DNA of 64,000 nt from an uncultured Pelagibacteraceae bacterium (GTDB lineage Bacteria; Pseudomonadota; Alphaproteobacteria; Pelagibacterales; Pelagibacteraceae). The stretch lies in the NCBI GenBank assembly GCA_902609915.1, contig CACLTO010000003.1, positions 3,806-67,805 of the forward strand, written 5' to 3'. The notes under the pieces are model-generated. The model made no database searches, was not told where the DNA came from, and was given only the letters and a program-made list of their open reading frames with translations. Position numbers and translations under genes: made by a program. Shown here piece by piece: positions 11,300-20,871 of this stretch (position 1 is the first letter of the stretch; every line of letters begins with the position of its first letter).

Positions 11300-11863
11300 G
11301 TGAACTTTATTTTATTTGGACCCCCTGGAGCTGGTAAAGGTACTCAAGCAAAATACTTAGTAAAAAAATTAAGTAATTACCAGATATCAACAGGCGATAT
11401 GCTTAGAGAAGAAATTCAAAAAGATACTGAAATTGGAAAAAGAATTGTAAATGATATGGATGATGGAAGGTTTGTGAGTGATGAAATAGTAAATACACTT
11501 ATTGAAAAAGTTTTGTTAGACCCTAAGAAAAAAGATAGATTAATTTTTGATGGATATCCTAGATCATTAGCACAAGCAAAAAATTTGGATATATTATTAA
11601 AAAAAAGCAACCAAAAAATAGATTTTATTTTTTTTCTAAATGTAGATAAAGAAACAATTTTAAAAAGAGTCGAAAAGAGAAAAATTTTAGAAAAAAGGTC
11701 CGATGATGATTTAAATATTTTAATAAAGAGATATGATACGTACATGGAAACTACTAAACCTATTTTAGATTTCTATTCTAAAAATCCTAATTTTCATGAA
11801 ATAGATGGTAGTTCTAAAATTGAGGAAATTACCGGTAAAATAGACAGTTTTATCAATGTTTAA
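11300..11863 (+). CDS. adk: Adenylate kinase, short-LID type, GTG start
   Basis: GPPGAGKGTQA, STGDMLR, FDGYPR, RSDD. Confidence 0.98.
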   Translation: MNFILFGPPGAGKGTQAKYLVKKLSNYQISTGDMLREEIQKDTEIGKRIVNDMDDGRFVSDEIVNTLIEKVLLDPKKKDRLIFDGYPRSLAQAKNLDILLKKSNQKIDFIFFLNVDKETILKRVEKRKILEKRSDDDLNILIKRYDTYMETTKPILDFYSKNPNFHEIDGSSKIEEITGKIDSFINV

Positions 11864-11867
11864 GCCG

Positions 11868-11895
11868 TTGACTTTAAAAGATCTTCTTATATAAA
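11868..11895 (+). promoter_or_regulatory. Putative sigma70 promoter of the alpha operon (rpsM)
   Basis: TTGACT-16 nt-TATAAA in the largest gap of the ribosomal superoperon. Confidence 0.6.
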
Positions 11896-11919
11896 AGGCT
11901 AAAAATTATCTCAAAATAT

Positions 11920-12303
11920 ATGGCTCGTATAGCAGGTATAAATATTCCACAAAACAAACTTGTGCATGTAGGACTTACGTACATATATGGTATTGGAGAT
12001 AAATTTTCTTCTCAAATTTGCTCATCTTTACAAATTCCAAAAGAAAAAAGAGTCAATCAATTAACAGACGATGAAATTTTAAAGATCAGAGAATACATAG
12101 ATCAAAATTTTAAAGTTGAGGGAGATTTAAGAAGAGATTACTCACTAAGTATAAAAAGGTTAATTGACCTTGCATGTTACAGAGGATCAAGACACAGAAA
12201 AAAATTACCCGTAAGGGGTCAAAGAACGAGATGTAATGCTAGAACTAGAAAAGGTAAAGCAATAGCAATTGCTGGTAAAAAACTAACACCACTGAAAAAA
12301 TAA
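11920..12303 (+). CDS. rpsM: 30S ribosomal protein S13
   Basis: [22 protein letters not shown]. Confidence 0.99.
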   Translation: MARIAGINIPQNKLVHVGLTYIYGIGDKFSSQICSSLQIPKEKRVNQLTDDEILKIREYIDQNFKVEGDLRRDYSLSIKRLIDLACYRGSRHRKKLPVRGQRTRCNARTRKGKAIAIAGKKLTPLKK

Positions 12304-12305
12304 TT

Positions 12306-12755
12306 ATGGCTAAAGTAGATAAGGTTGAAAAGCAAGACCAAAAAAATGAGAAAACTATTAGTAAAGTAAAAAAAAGTTCTTACTCAAAAAAGAAAAAAAT
12401 AAAAAAAAATATTTTAAATGGAATTGCATATGTGCAATCAACTTTTAATAATACTATTATTTCTATTGCAGATACTAACGGGAATGTAATTTCGTGGGCT
12501 TCAGCAGGCCAGAAAGGTTTCAAGGGATCGAGAAAATCCACACCATATGCTGCTCAAATAGCTGCAGACTCAGCAGCTTCTAAAGCATTAGAATATGGCA
12601 TGAAGACTTTGTCTGTTGAGGTTAAGGGTCCAGGTTCAGGAAGAGAAACAGCCTTAAGAGCTTTACAAGCAAGAGGATTTAAGATTTTGTCAATTAAAGA
12701 CACAACACCAATGCCTCATAATGGCACCAGACCACCAAAAAAAAGGAGAGTTTAA
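12306..12755 (+). CDS. rpsK: 30S ribosomal protein S11 with N-terminal extension
   Basis: [31 protein letters not shown]. Confidence 0.99.
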   Translation: MAKVDKVEKQDQKNEKTISKVKKSSYSKKKKIKKNILNGIAYVQSTFNNTIISIADTNGNVISWASAGQKGFKGSRKSTPYAAQIAADSAASKALEYGMKTLSVEVKGPGSGRETALRALQARGFKILSIKDTTPMPHNGTRPPKKRRV

Positions 12756-13783
12756 TGGAAACAGAAAATGTAAATTTAAAAAATTGGAAATCTCTTATTA
12801 AACCATCAAAAATAGATGTTCAGATGAGCGATGATTTATCTAAAGCTAAAATTATTGCTGAACCTCTTGAGAAAGGCTATGGTCTAACATTAGGAAATTC
12901 ATTAAGAAGAATTTTATTGTCATCAATTAGGGGTGCTGCAGTAACTTCAATCCAAATCGATGGAGTACTACATGAATTTACATCAATTAAAGGTGTAAGA
13001 GAAGATGTTACAGATATAGTATTAAATGTTAAATCTTTAGCTTTGAAATCATCATCAGAGGGAACAAAAAAACTTATCTTAGATGCTAAAGGACCAGGAG
13101 AAATTAAAGCATCTGATATCACGTCTGTAGCAGATGTGGAAATTTTAAATCCAGACTTAGTTATTTGTAATTTAGATGAAAATACTAGTTTTCACATGGA
13201 AATGAATGTCAATACAGGAAAAGGATATGTTCCTGCTGAATTAAACAAACCTGAAGAACCACCATTAGGTTTAATAGCTATAGACTCATTATATAGTCCT
13301 GTTAAGAAGGTATCCTATTCAGTAAGTACCGCTAGAGAAGGTAAAGCACTTGACTATGATAAACTTACCATGGAAGTTGAAACAGATGGCTCAATTTCTG
13401 CAGAGGATGCCGTGGCTTACTCAGCGAGAATATTTCAAGATCAATTAAAAATGTTTATTAATTTTGATGAACCGGTAGAAACACCAGTTAAAGAAGTTTC
13501 TACAGAACCAGAATTTAACAAAAACTTATTGAGAAAAGTAGACGAACTTGAATTGTCAGTTCGATCGATGAATTGTTTAAAAAACGATAATATCATTTAT
13601 ATAGGTGATCTTGTGCAAAAATCTGAGGGAGAAATGCTAAGAACTCCAAATTTTGGAAGAAAATCATTGAATGAAATTAAAGAAGTACTTACAGGAATGT
13701 CACTATACCTAGGTATGGAAATACCAAATTGGCCTCCTGATAATATTGCCGAGATGTCTAAAAAACTAGAGGAAGCAATTTAA
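12755..13783 (+). CDS. rpoA: RNA polymerase alpha subunit
   Basis: [38 protein letters not shown]. Confidence 0.99.
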   Translation: METENVNLKNWKSLIKPSKIDVQMSDDLSKAKIIAEPLEKGYGLTLGNSLRRILLSSIRGAAVTSIQIDGVLHEFTSIKGVREDVTDIVLNVKSLALKSSSEGTKKLILDAKGPGEIKASDITSVADVEILNPDLVICNLDENTSFHMEMNVNTGKGYVPAELNKPEEPPLGLIAIDSLYSPVKKVSYSVSTAREGKALDYDKLTMEVETDGSISAEDAVAYSARIFQDQLKMFINFDEPVETPVKEVSTEPEFNKNLLRKVDELELSVRSMNCLKNDNIIYIGDLVQKSEGEMLRTPNFGRKSLNEIKEVLTGMSLYLGMEIPNWPPDNIAEMSKKLEEAI

Positions 13784-14232
13784 TGAGACACGGTTTTGCT
13801 AATAAAAAGCTTAATAGAACCTCTGAACATAGAAAAGCACTATTAAAAAATATGCTTAATTCTCTGATAAAGTATGAGCAAATTAAAACAACATTACCAA
13901 AGGCAAAGTTTTTAAAACCTCAGGCTGATAAGATTATTACATTAGGTAAGAAAGACACTCTTCATAACACAAAAGCTTTAGTTTCACAGTTGCAAGATAT
14001 TAAGTCTGCAAACAAAGTTAAAAAGACATTGTCAAAAAGATATGAAAAAAGATCAGGTGGCTACACAAGAATAATTAAAGCTGGCTTCAGATATGGTGAT
14101 AATGCACCAATGGCAATTATTGAGTTTGTAGATAGAGATGTAGAAGCAAAAAAAGTAGATAAAAATAAAAATTCTACTTCAAAAGAGCTTGAAAAAAAAG
14201 ATGACAAAAAAACAGTAGCTGCATCAAAATAA
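13783..14232 (+). CDS. rplQ: 50S ribosomal protein L17
   Basis: [24 protein letters not shown]. Confidence 0.99.
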   Translation: MRHGFANKKLNRTSEHRKALLKNMLNSLIKYEQIKTTLPKAKFLKPQADKIITLGKKDTLHNTKALVSQLQDIKSANKVKKTLSKRYEKRSGGYTRIIKAGFRYGDNAPMAIIEFVDRDVEAKKVDKNKNSTSKELEKKDDKKTVAASK

Positions 14233-14241
14233 TATTTTTTT

Positions 14242-15159
14242 ATGTTTAAAAGTTACATCGTTGATTCAACGTGTAGTAATATGCGTGTTGATAGATGGAT
14301 ACGGAATGTAATAGGAAGAATTCCTCAAGGATTAATTGAAAAATCTCTGAGAACAGGCAAAATCAAAGTTAATAAAAAAAAAATAAAAAGTTCATATAAA
14401 ATTCAACTAAATGATAAAATTGATTTACATGATTTTAAATTTGAAGAGAGAATTATACAAAAAAAAATAAGTTTTAATCCTTCTAATCAAATAATTAAAG
14501 CAAATGAAGATTTAATAATTGATAATAATGAAAATTTTATCGTTCTAAATAAGAGTGCAGGTATTTCTGTTCAGGGTGGAACTAAATCAAAAAAAAACTT
14601 AATTGATATATTCAAAAAAAGTGAAATTTTTTCAGATTCAAAACCTTTTTCTGTTCACAGATTAGACAAAGATACATCTGGTGTTTTTTTAATGGCTAAA
14701 AATAGAGAAACAGCGCAATTATTAACATCATTATTTAGATTGAGAAAAGTCCATAAAACTTATCTTGCTATATGTCATGGCGAGCTTGAAAAAAATTCAG
14801 GAGAATGGAATGATGATTTAGTACGTTATGATAACGGAAAAAAAATTCTTGAAAAAGCAAAAACTATTTATAAAGTTATTGATAAAAATTCGAATACTAG
14901 TCTTGTTGAAATGAAACCTATTACTGGAAGAAAACATCAGTTAAGAAAACAACTTTTCAATATTGGTCATTCAATTTATGGAGATAATAAATATAAATCT
15001 TTCACCAAATCAATAGGAATTAATAAAGAATTAATGCTACATGCATATGAAATAAAATTTATAATCAAGGATAAAAAATTTACTTATAAAGCTTTACTTC
15101 CAGATTATTTTAAAAAATTATTAAAAACAAAAAGACTTACTTATTCAAATTTGAAATAA
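14242..15159 (+). CDS. rluC: RluA/RluC-family pseudouridine synthase with S4 domain
   Basis: RVDRW S4 start, [26 protein letters not shown]. Confidence 0.85.
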   Translation: MFKSYIVDSTCSNMRVDRWIRNVIGRIPQGLIEKSLRTGKIKVNKKKIKSSYKIQLNDKIDLHDFKFEERIIQKKISFNPSNQIIKANEDLIIDNNENFIVLNKSAGISVQGGTKSKKNLIDIFKKSEIFSDSKPFSVHRLDKDTSGVFLMAKNRETAQLLTSLFRLRKVHKTYLAICHGELEKNSGEWNDDLVRYDNGKKILEKAKTIYKVIDKNSNTSLVEMKPITGRKHQLRKQLFNIGHSIYGDNKYKSFTKSIGINKELMLHAYEIKFIIKDKKFTYKALLPDYFKKLLKTKRLTYSNLK

Positions 15160-15757
15160 ATGCTTCCACCAGTTTTTTCTCTAATTCTTTATAATCTTGA
15201 TCTTTGATTTGTTTCAGATTTGTTATTCCTTTATCTTTAATACCACATGGAATTATAGCTTTGTATTTATCTAAATTGTTATTAATATTAATTGAAAAAC
15301 CATGATAAGCTATCCATTTACTAATTCTAACTCCAATTGCAGCTACTTTTTTTATTTTTTCGTTATCTTTGTACCATATTCCAATATTTTCTTTATCTGA
15401 AAAAGTTTTTATATTATAAAATTTCAAAGTATCTATTATTGTTTTTTCTATAATTGAAATAAAATTTCTAATATCTTTTTTTCTTTTTTTTAGATCTATT
15501 ACAAAATAACAAATTAGTTGACCTGGTCCATGATAAGTAATTTTACCACCTCTATTCGTTTCTAAAATCTTAATAGATTTATCTAAAATATCACTTTCAT
15601 TATAGCTTGTCCCAGCTGTATAAATGTCTGGATGTTCTAAAGTCCAAATTAATTCATTCGATTTATTTAGATCCACATTCAACAATCTTTCTTCCATCAT
15701 TTTTTTAGCATCCTCATAAATGACAGGTTTTTCAGACTTTTTAATTTCTATACTCAT
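15137..15757 (-). CDS. lipB: Lipoyl(octanoyl) transferase
   Basis: [38 protein letters not shown]. Confidence 0.98.
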   Translation of the reverse strand: MSIEIKKSEKPVIYEDAKKMMEERLLNVDLNKSNELIWTLEHPDIYTAGTSYNESDILDKSIKILETNRGGKITYHGPGQLICYFVIDLKKRKKDIRNFISIIEKTIIDTLKFYNIKTFSDKENIGIWYKDNEKIKKVAAIGVRISKWIAYHGFSININNNLDKYKAIIPCGIKDKGITNLKQIKDQDYKELEKKLVEAFISNLNK

Positions 15758-15817
15758 TTAAAAATTGTAATCTCTTGATTATGTATTAAAAGATCGACCT
15801 AAATAATAGGAAAATTT

Positions 15818-17191
15818 ATGACTTTAATTAAAAAAATCAAAGATAAAAAAGTCAATTTTGAATTTAACAAAGAGTACATAAAAGTAGTCACTGATAAAAT
15901 TTCAAATAATGACGCAACTTTTATCACAAATTCTTTTAAAGAAATGCACCCTGCTGATGCAGCTGATATCATAGAACACTTGGGCCAAAATGATAGAGAA
16001 AATTTAATTAAACTTAATAATTTCAAAATAGATCCTGAAGTTTTTATTGAATTAAATGAGTCAGTTCAAATTGAAATCATAAAATATCTTTCCTCTGATG
16101 CAATAGTTAGAATATTGAAAAACTTGGAGTCTGACGATGCTATAGCCATTCTTGAAAATGTAGATGAAAAAAATAAAAATTCTATTTTAAGTTTATTACC
16201 ACCTAAAGATCGTTTTGCTTTGTTGGAAGGTCTTAGTTATCCTGAGGATAGTGCAGCTAGAATAATGCAGAGAGAATTTACTGCAATACCAAGTAACTGG
16301 TCTGTCGGTCAAACTATTGATTATTTAAGAGAAAATAAAGATTTACCAGAACAATTTTTAGAAATTTATATTGTAGATGAGAATTTTAAACCTATTGGTG
16401 CTGTACCATCATCTAAAGTTCTAAGAACACCAAGGGAAACAAAGATGTCATCAATTATGGATGATTCTATTTTTTTAGTTCCTGTAGATATGGATCGAGA
16501 AGAAGTTGGTAATTCATTTGAAAACTATAATTTAAATTCAGCGTGTGTTGTTGATAAAAATAATAAATTAGTGGGAATGATCACTTCAGATGATGTTTTG
16601 ACTGTTTTAAAAGAAGAGGCTGAGGAAGATGCACTTAGATTAGCAGGTGTAGGTGATGAAGAAATTACAGACGGAGTGATAACTAAAACCAAAAGACGAT
16701 TTAACTGGTTATTATTAAATCTTTTCACTGCATTTTTAGCTACATATTGTATAAGTTTATTTGGTGCAACAATTGAACAAATGGTTGTTCTAGCTTTTCT
16801 GATGCCAATAGTAGCTTCAATGGGTGGTAACGCTGGAATGCAAACATTAGCTGTAACTGTTAGAACTCTTGCGACTAATGATTTAACGAAAAATAATTTT
16901 AATCAGAATATTTTTAAAGAATTTAATATTGGTATTTTAAATGGAATTATTTTTGCAATTATAAGTTCTGTTATTGTTCAGTTATGGTTTCAAGATATCC
17001 AACTTTCTTTAATAATTTCTATTTCAATGATTTTGACAATGATCGTTGCAGGTTTGTTTGGGATATTGGTGCCTGTTACACTAAAGAAAATGAATATAGA
17101 TCCAGCGATAGCTTCAAGTGTTTTTGTTACAACTATAACAGATGTTATTGGGTTCGTATCCTTCTTAGGTGTGGGGGCTTACTTTTTGTAA
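15818..17191 (+). CDS. mgtE: Magnesium transporter MgtE
   Basis: HPADAA N-domain, CBS pair, MGGNAGMQ, IDPAIAS, TTITDVIG. Confidence 0.97.
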   Translation: MTLIKKIKDKKVNFEFNKEYIKVVTDKISNNDATFITNSFKEMHPADAADIIEHLGQNDRENLIKLNNFKIDPEVFIELNESVQIEIIKYLSSDAIVRILKNLESDDAIAILENVDEKNKNSILSLLPPKDRFALLEGLSYPEDSAARIMQREFTAIPSNWSVGQTIDYLRENKDLPEQFLEIYIVDENFKPIGAVPSSKVLRTPRETKMSSIMDDSIFLVPVDMDREEVGNSFENYNLNSACVVDKNNKLVGMITSDDVLTVLKEEAEEDALRLAGVGDEEITDGVITKTKRRFNWLLLNLFTAFLATYCISLFGATIEQMVVLAFLMPIVASMGGNAGMQTLAVTVRTLATNDLTKNNFNQNIFKEFNIGILNGIIFAIISSVIVQLWFQDIQLSLIISISMILTMIVAGLFGILVPVTLKKMNIDPAIASSVFVTTITDVIGFVSFLGVGAYFL

Positions 17192-17194
17192 ATA

Positions 17195-18007
17195 CTAATA
17201 GTTATCTATAAGCCTTACTTTATTAATATAATAAGCAACAAAAATTTTAGCATTTTTAATTTTATTAGTTAATCTAAGATTTTTTGTATTTCTCAATTCA
17301 AGATAATCTATCTTAATATCATATTTTTTTTTGAGTTCGTTTTTTTTCATAAAAATTAAATTTTTTAAATTTTTCTTATTTAATAATCTTTTTTTAAAAA
17401 TAATAAGATGCTTTGCTATTTTACCTGCTTTGCTTAAATCATTTTTTTTTAAAAGAATATTCCTAGATGATAAAGCTAGTTTATTTCTATCTCTTATCGT
17501 TTTACAAGAAATAATCTTTGATTTAAAATTTTTTTCAATATATCTCTTTACTAATAATAATTGTTGAAAATCTTTTTCACCCATGAATATTTTTGATGGA
17601 TTTATTATTTTTGTTAAATGCGTCATTACTTCAATCACCCCTTCAAAGTGACCCTTTCTATATTGAGCACAAAGTATTTTATCTTGTTTTTTTAATTTAA
17701 TTTTAATTTTATTTACAGACTTATAGATATCTTTAACTCCAGGCAAATATACAAAATCTACTTTGAGACTTTTTAAAACTCTTAAATCTTTTTTTACGTT
17801 TCTAGGGTATTTTTTGTAATCATCATTGTTATTAAACTGTTTAGGATTTACAAATATACTTACAATGGTTTTATTGGATAGTTTTAAGGATTTTTTGATT
17901 AATGATATATGACCATCATGAAGGCTACCCATAGTAGGTACAAATCCAATATTTGATTTGTCAAATAATGCCTCATTTAAATCAATATTGTTTAATAAAA
18001 TTTTCAT
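17195..18007 (-). CDS. panC: Pantoate--beta-alanine ligase; start MKILL at 18007 preferred
   Basis: FVPTMGSLHDGH, SIFVNPKQF, GEKDFQQ, ALSSRN, RLIDN. Confidence 0.97.
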   Translation of the reverse strand: MKILLNNIDLNEALFDKSNIGFVPTMGSLHDGHISLIKKSLKLSNKTIVSIFVNPKQFNNNDDYKKYPRNVKKDLRVLKSLKVDFVYLPGVKDIYKSVNKIKIKLKKQDKILCAQYRKGHFEGVIEVMTHLTKIINPSKIFMGEKDFQQLLLVKRYIEKNFKSKIISCKTIRDRNKLALSSRNILLKKNDLSKAGKIAKHLIIFKKRLLNKKNLKNLIFMKKNELKKKYDIKIDYLELRNTKNLRLTNKIKNAKIFVAYYINKVRLIDNY

Positions 18008-18041
18008 TTGTATAAAACATTTTAATAAGTAAAACATTTAA

Positions 18042-18857
18042 ATGATTAAACAAGCAATTATTCCGTTAGCTGGACTGGGAACGAGGTTATTACCTTTAAC
18101 CAGCATATTTGCTAAAGAACTACTTCCAATTAATGGAAAACCAGGTATTGAATATATTTTAGATGAATGCGCAGAGGCTGGTATAAAAAAAATAATCTTT
18201 ATAATTTCAAAAAAAAAACAAATGATTAAAGATTATTTTTATAAAGATAGTTTCTATAAAAAGATAATAAAAAAAAAAAATGATCCTAGAGTTATTAAAG
18301 AATATAAAAAAATTTTGAAGTATAAAAAGATGATTAAATTTGTTTATCAAAATAAACCTTTGGGAACAGGTGATGCTGTATTAAAAACAAAAAAATTTAT
18401 CACCGATGATTATTTTCTAATGTTATTACCGGATGATCTAATAATTAAGAAAAATTGTTCTAAGTCAATGATTAATATACACAAGCGTTATAAATCATCT
18501 GTAATGGCAAGTATTAATGTTCCAAAAAAAACTGTGTCTAGATGGGGAATTTATAAATTAGGAAAAAAATTAAATAAAAAAAACTACATTATTAAAGATG
18601 TCATTGAAAAACCTTCAATCTCTAAAGCACCATCAAATAAAGCTGTAATAGGAAGATATATTCTTCCAAAAAAAATATTCTCTAGATTGTTAAATCAAAA
18701 GCCAGGCAAAGGTGGTGAAATTCATATTACCGATGCAATACAATCTTTGATACAAAATAATGAAAGATTCATTGCTCATAATTTCACTGGAAAATATTTA
18801 GATTGTGGAAGTATGAGTGGTTATATCAAATCAAATTTAGAAATATCAAAATCATGA
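18042..18857 (+). CDS. galU: UTP--glucose-1-phosphate uridylyltransferase
   Basis: AGLGTRLLP, KELLP, LGTGDAV, LPDD, EKP, EIHITDA. Confidence 0.9.
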   Translation: MIKQAIIPLAGLGTRLLPLTSIFAKELLPINGKPGIEYILDECAEAGIKKIIFIISKKKQMIKDYFYKDSFYKKIIKKKNDPRVIKEYKKILKYKKMIKFVYQNKPLGTGDAVLKTKKFITDDYFLMLLPDDLIIKKNCSKSMINIHKRYKSSVMASINVPKKTVSRWGIYKLGKKLNKKNYIIKDVIEKPSISKAPSNKAVIGRYILPKKIFSRLLNQKPGKGGEIHITDAIQSLIQNNERFIAHNFTGKYLDCGSMSGYIKSNLEISKS

Positions 18858-20155
18858 AACTTTGTATGATAGGAACAGGTTATGTAGGTCTAGTAAGCGG
18901 TGTTTGCTTTGCTGATTTAGGTAATAATGTAATTTGTGTTGATAAAGATCTAAAAAAAATTGATTTACTCGTTAAAGGAAGAATTCCGATTTACGAACCT
19001 GGACTAACTGAATTAGTTAATAAGAATTATAAAAATAAAAGATTAAAATTTTCTTCAGATTTAAAAAAATCAATTCAAGACTCGGATATCATTTTTATTT
19101 GTGTTGGAACACCCACTAAAAAGGGAGGTAGTAGTGCAGATTTAAGTCAAATTTATAAAGTAGCAAAAGAAATAAGTTTATCTATCAATAAGTTTAAAAT
19201 AATAGTCACTAAGTCAACAGTACCTGTAACAACAGGAGATGAAATTGAAAAAATTTTATCAAAAAAAAAAAATAATAAGAATAAATTTTCTGTAGTATCT
19301 AATCCAGAATTTTTAAGAGAAGGTGAAGCTATTCGAGATTTCACTTATCCTGATAGAATAGTTGTTGGATCTAATGATAAAAAATCTAACCGTATAATGA
19401 ATAATTTGTATGCGCCTTTAATTTCCAAAGGAGCTCAATATATTCATACATCAAGAAGAGCTTCGGAATTAATTAAATATTCATCCAATGCTTTTTTGGC
19501 TACAAAAATTACATTCATTAATGAAATCGCAAATTTGTGTGAAAAAATAGGAATAAATGTTGAAGATATTTCAATTGGGATGGGTTTAGATAAAAGAATA
19601 GGTAGTCGGTTTTTAAGAGCTGGGCCTGGTTATGGTGGGTCTTGTTTTCCAAAAGATACAAAAGCTATAACCTCTACAGCAGATAAATTCAAAATAAATC
19701 TTTCTTTAATTAAATCAGTCATAAAATCAAATGAAAATAGATCTAATTTTTTACTTAATAAAGTTTATAGAATGTTGAATAACAAAATTAAAAATAAAAA
19801 AATAACTTTCTTAGGTGTCACATTTAAAGCTAATACAGACGATATGAGAGACTCTCCTAGTTTAAGAATGATACCAGCACTATCAAAAAAGGGTGCTAAG
19901 ATAAATTATTTCGATCCAACAGGTCATAAAAAAGACTTCTCAAAAGTTAAAAATGTTTCTTACATTGATAATATTAAAGAGTCTGTAAAGGGCTCAGATC
20001 TTGTAATAATTCATACAGAATGGAATGATTTTAAGTCAATCAATTTTAAGAATTTAGTTAAAGGTAAAAAATCTATTATTTATGATATGAGAAATATATA
20101 CTCTCCAGTGAAAATTAAAAATCAAGGTTTTAAATATTATAGTATTGGAAGATAA
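18854..20155 (+). CDS. ugd: UDP-glucose 6-dehydrogenase; start ATG 18854
   Basis: GTGYVG, SNPEFLREG, GYGGSCFPKD. Confidence 0.97.
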   Translation: MKLCMIGTGYVGLVSGVCFADLGNNVICVDKDLKKIDLLVKGRIPIYEPGLTELVNKNYKNKRLKFSSDLKKSIQDSDIIFICVGTPTKKGGSSADLSQIYKVAKEISLSINKFKIIVTKSTVPVTTGDEIEKILSKKKNNKNKFSVVSNPEFLREGEAIRDFTYPDRIVVGSNDKKSNRIMNNLYAPLISKGAQYIHTSRRASELIKYSSNAFLATKITFINEIANLCEKIGINVEDISIGMGLDKRIGSRFLRAGPGYGGSCFPKDTKAITSTADKFKINLSLIKSVIKSNENRSNFLLNKVYRMLNNKIKNKKITFLGVTFKANTDDMRDSPSLRMIPALSKKGAKINYFDPTGHKKDFSKVKNVSYIDNIKESVKGSDLVIIHTEWNDFKSINFKNLVKGKKSIIYDMRNIYSPVKIKNQGFKYYSIGR

Positions 20156-20158
20156 ATT

Positions 20159-20620
20159 TTAATTTAACTCGAATATAGCATCAACTTCAACAGCAACACC
20201 TAAGGGAAGACTATTAACACTTACAGCTGCTCTTGTATGCATTCCAGCATCTCCAAAAACAGATACGATTAAATCAGATGCACCATTTATCACTTTAGGT
20301 TGATCCTCAAAATTATCAATAGAATTGACAAAACCTGTCAGTTTAATGCAAGATTTAATCTTTGTAAGATCATTGTTACAAGTGTTCATTATTTGAGAAA
20401 TAATACTTAAAGCACATCTTTTTGCTGCATTATATCCAGATTCAACATCTAAATCTTTTCCAACTTTTCCTTTGATCAATTCGCCTTTTTCATTAATTGA
20501 AATTTGTCCAGATATAAACAACATTTTTCCAGAAATTTTAGTTGCAACATAATTACCGACTGGTGCTTTAGCTTCAGGTAACTTTAAACCAAGTTTTTTT
20601 AAATTTTGTTCGTAATTCAT
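20159..20620 (-). CDS. RidA/YjgF family protein
   Basis: ISGQ, VINGASDL, HTRAAVSVNSLPLGVAVEVD. Confidence 0.93.
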   Translation of the reverse strand: MNYEQNLKKLGLKLPEAKAPVGNYVATKISGKMLFISGQISINEKGELIKGKVGKDLDVESGYNAAKRCALSIISQIMNTCNNDLTKIKSCIKLTGFVNSIDNFEDQPKVINGASDLIVSVFGDAGMHTRAAVSVNSLPLGVAVEVDAIFELN

Positions 20621-20871
20621 TTTTCTGTAACTTTTTCTTTTAAATTATTTAGTTTGCTTTTTTCATCAGACCATTCTTTATTTTGATAATTCTTTGTGTC
20701 ATCTATAAAATTTTTACCAGCAGATATTGTTTTATCTTTGATAAAGTTAGCTTTACACTTCATATAATCTACTGAAAATTTTTTAAATTTATTACAATTT
20801 AATTCACCAGAAAAAGAGTAACTATTAAAACAAAACAAAAAAATAATAGATACAAAAATTAATTTTTTCAT
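20617..20871 (-). CDS. Small hypothetical exported protein
   Basis: Signal-peptide-like N-terminus; Cys-x12-Cys; 4-nt overlaps with topA and ridA. Confidence 0.75.
   Translation of the reverse strand: MKKLIFVSIIFLFCFNSYSFSGELNCNKFKKFSVDYMKCKANFIKDKTISAGKNFIDDTKNYQNKEWSDEKSKLNNLKEKVTEK

Noticed and set aside
7416-13783. Absence of rpsD, rpmJ, infA and map from the spc/alpha operons; Zn-free S14 (also L32 and L33); short-LID Adk
   Set aside because: These are ordinary for Alphaproteobacteria.
18269-19272. A12 homopolymers in galU (18269-18280) and ugd (19261-19272) as possible phase-variation tracts
   Set aside because: Both genes are in frame, and similar runs occur in unrelated genes (pdxJ A10, chorismate mutase T13). 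Lys-codon bias explains them unless read data show length variation.
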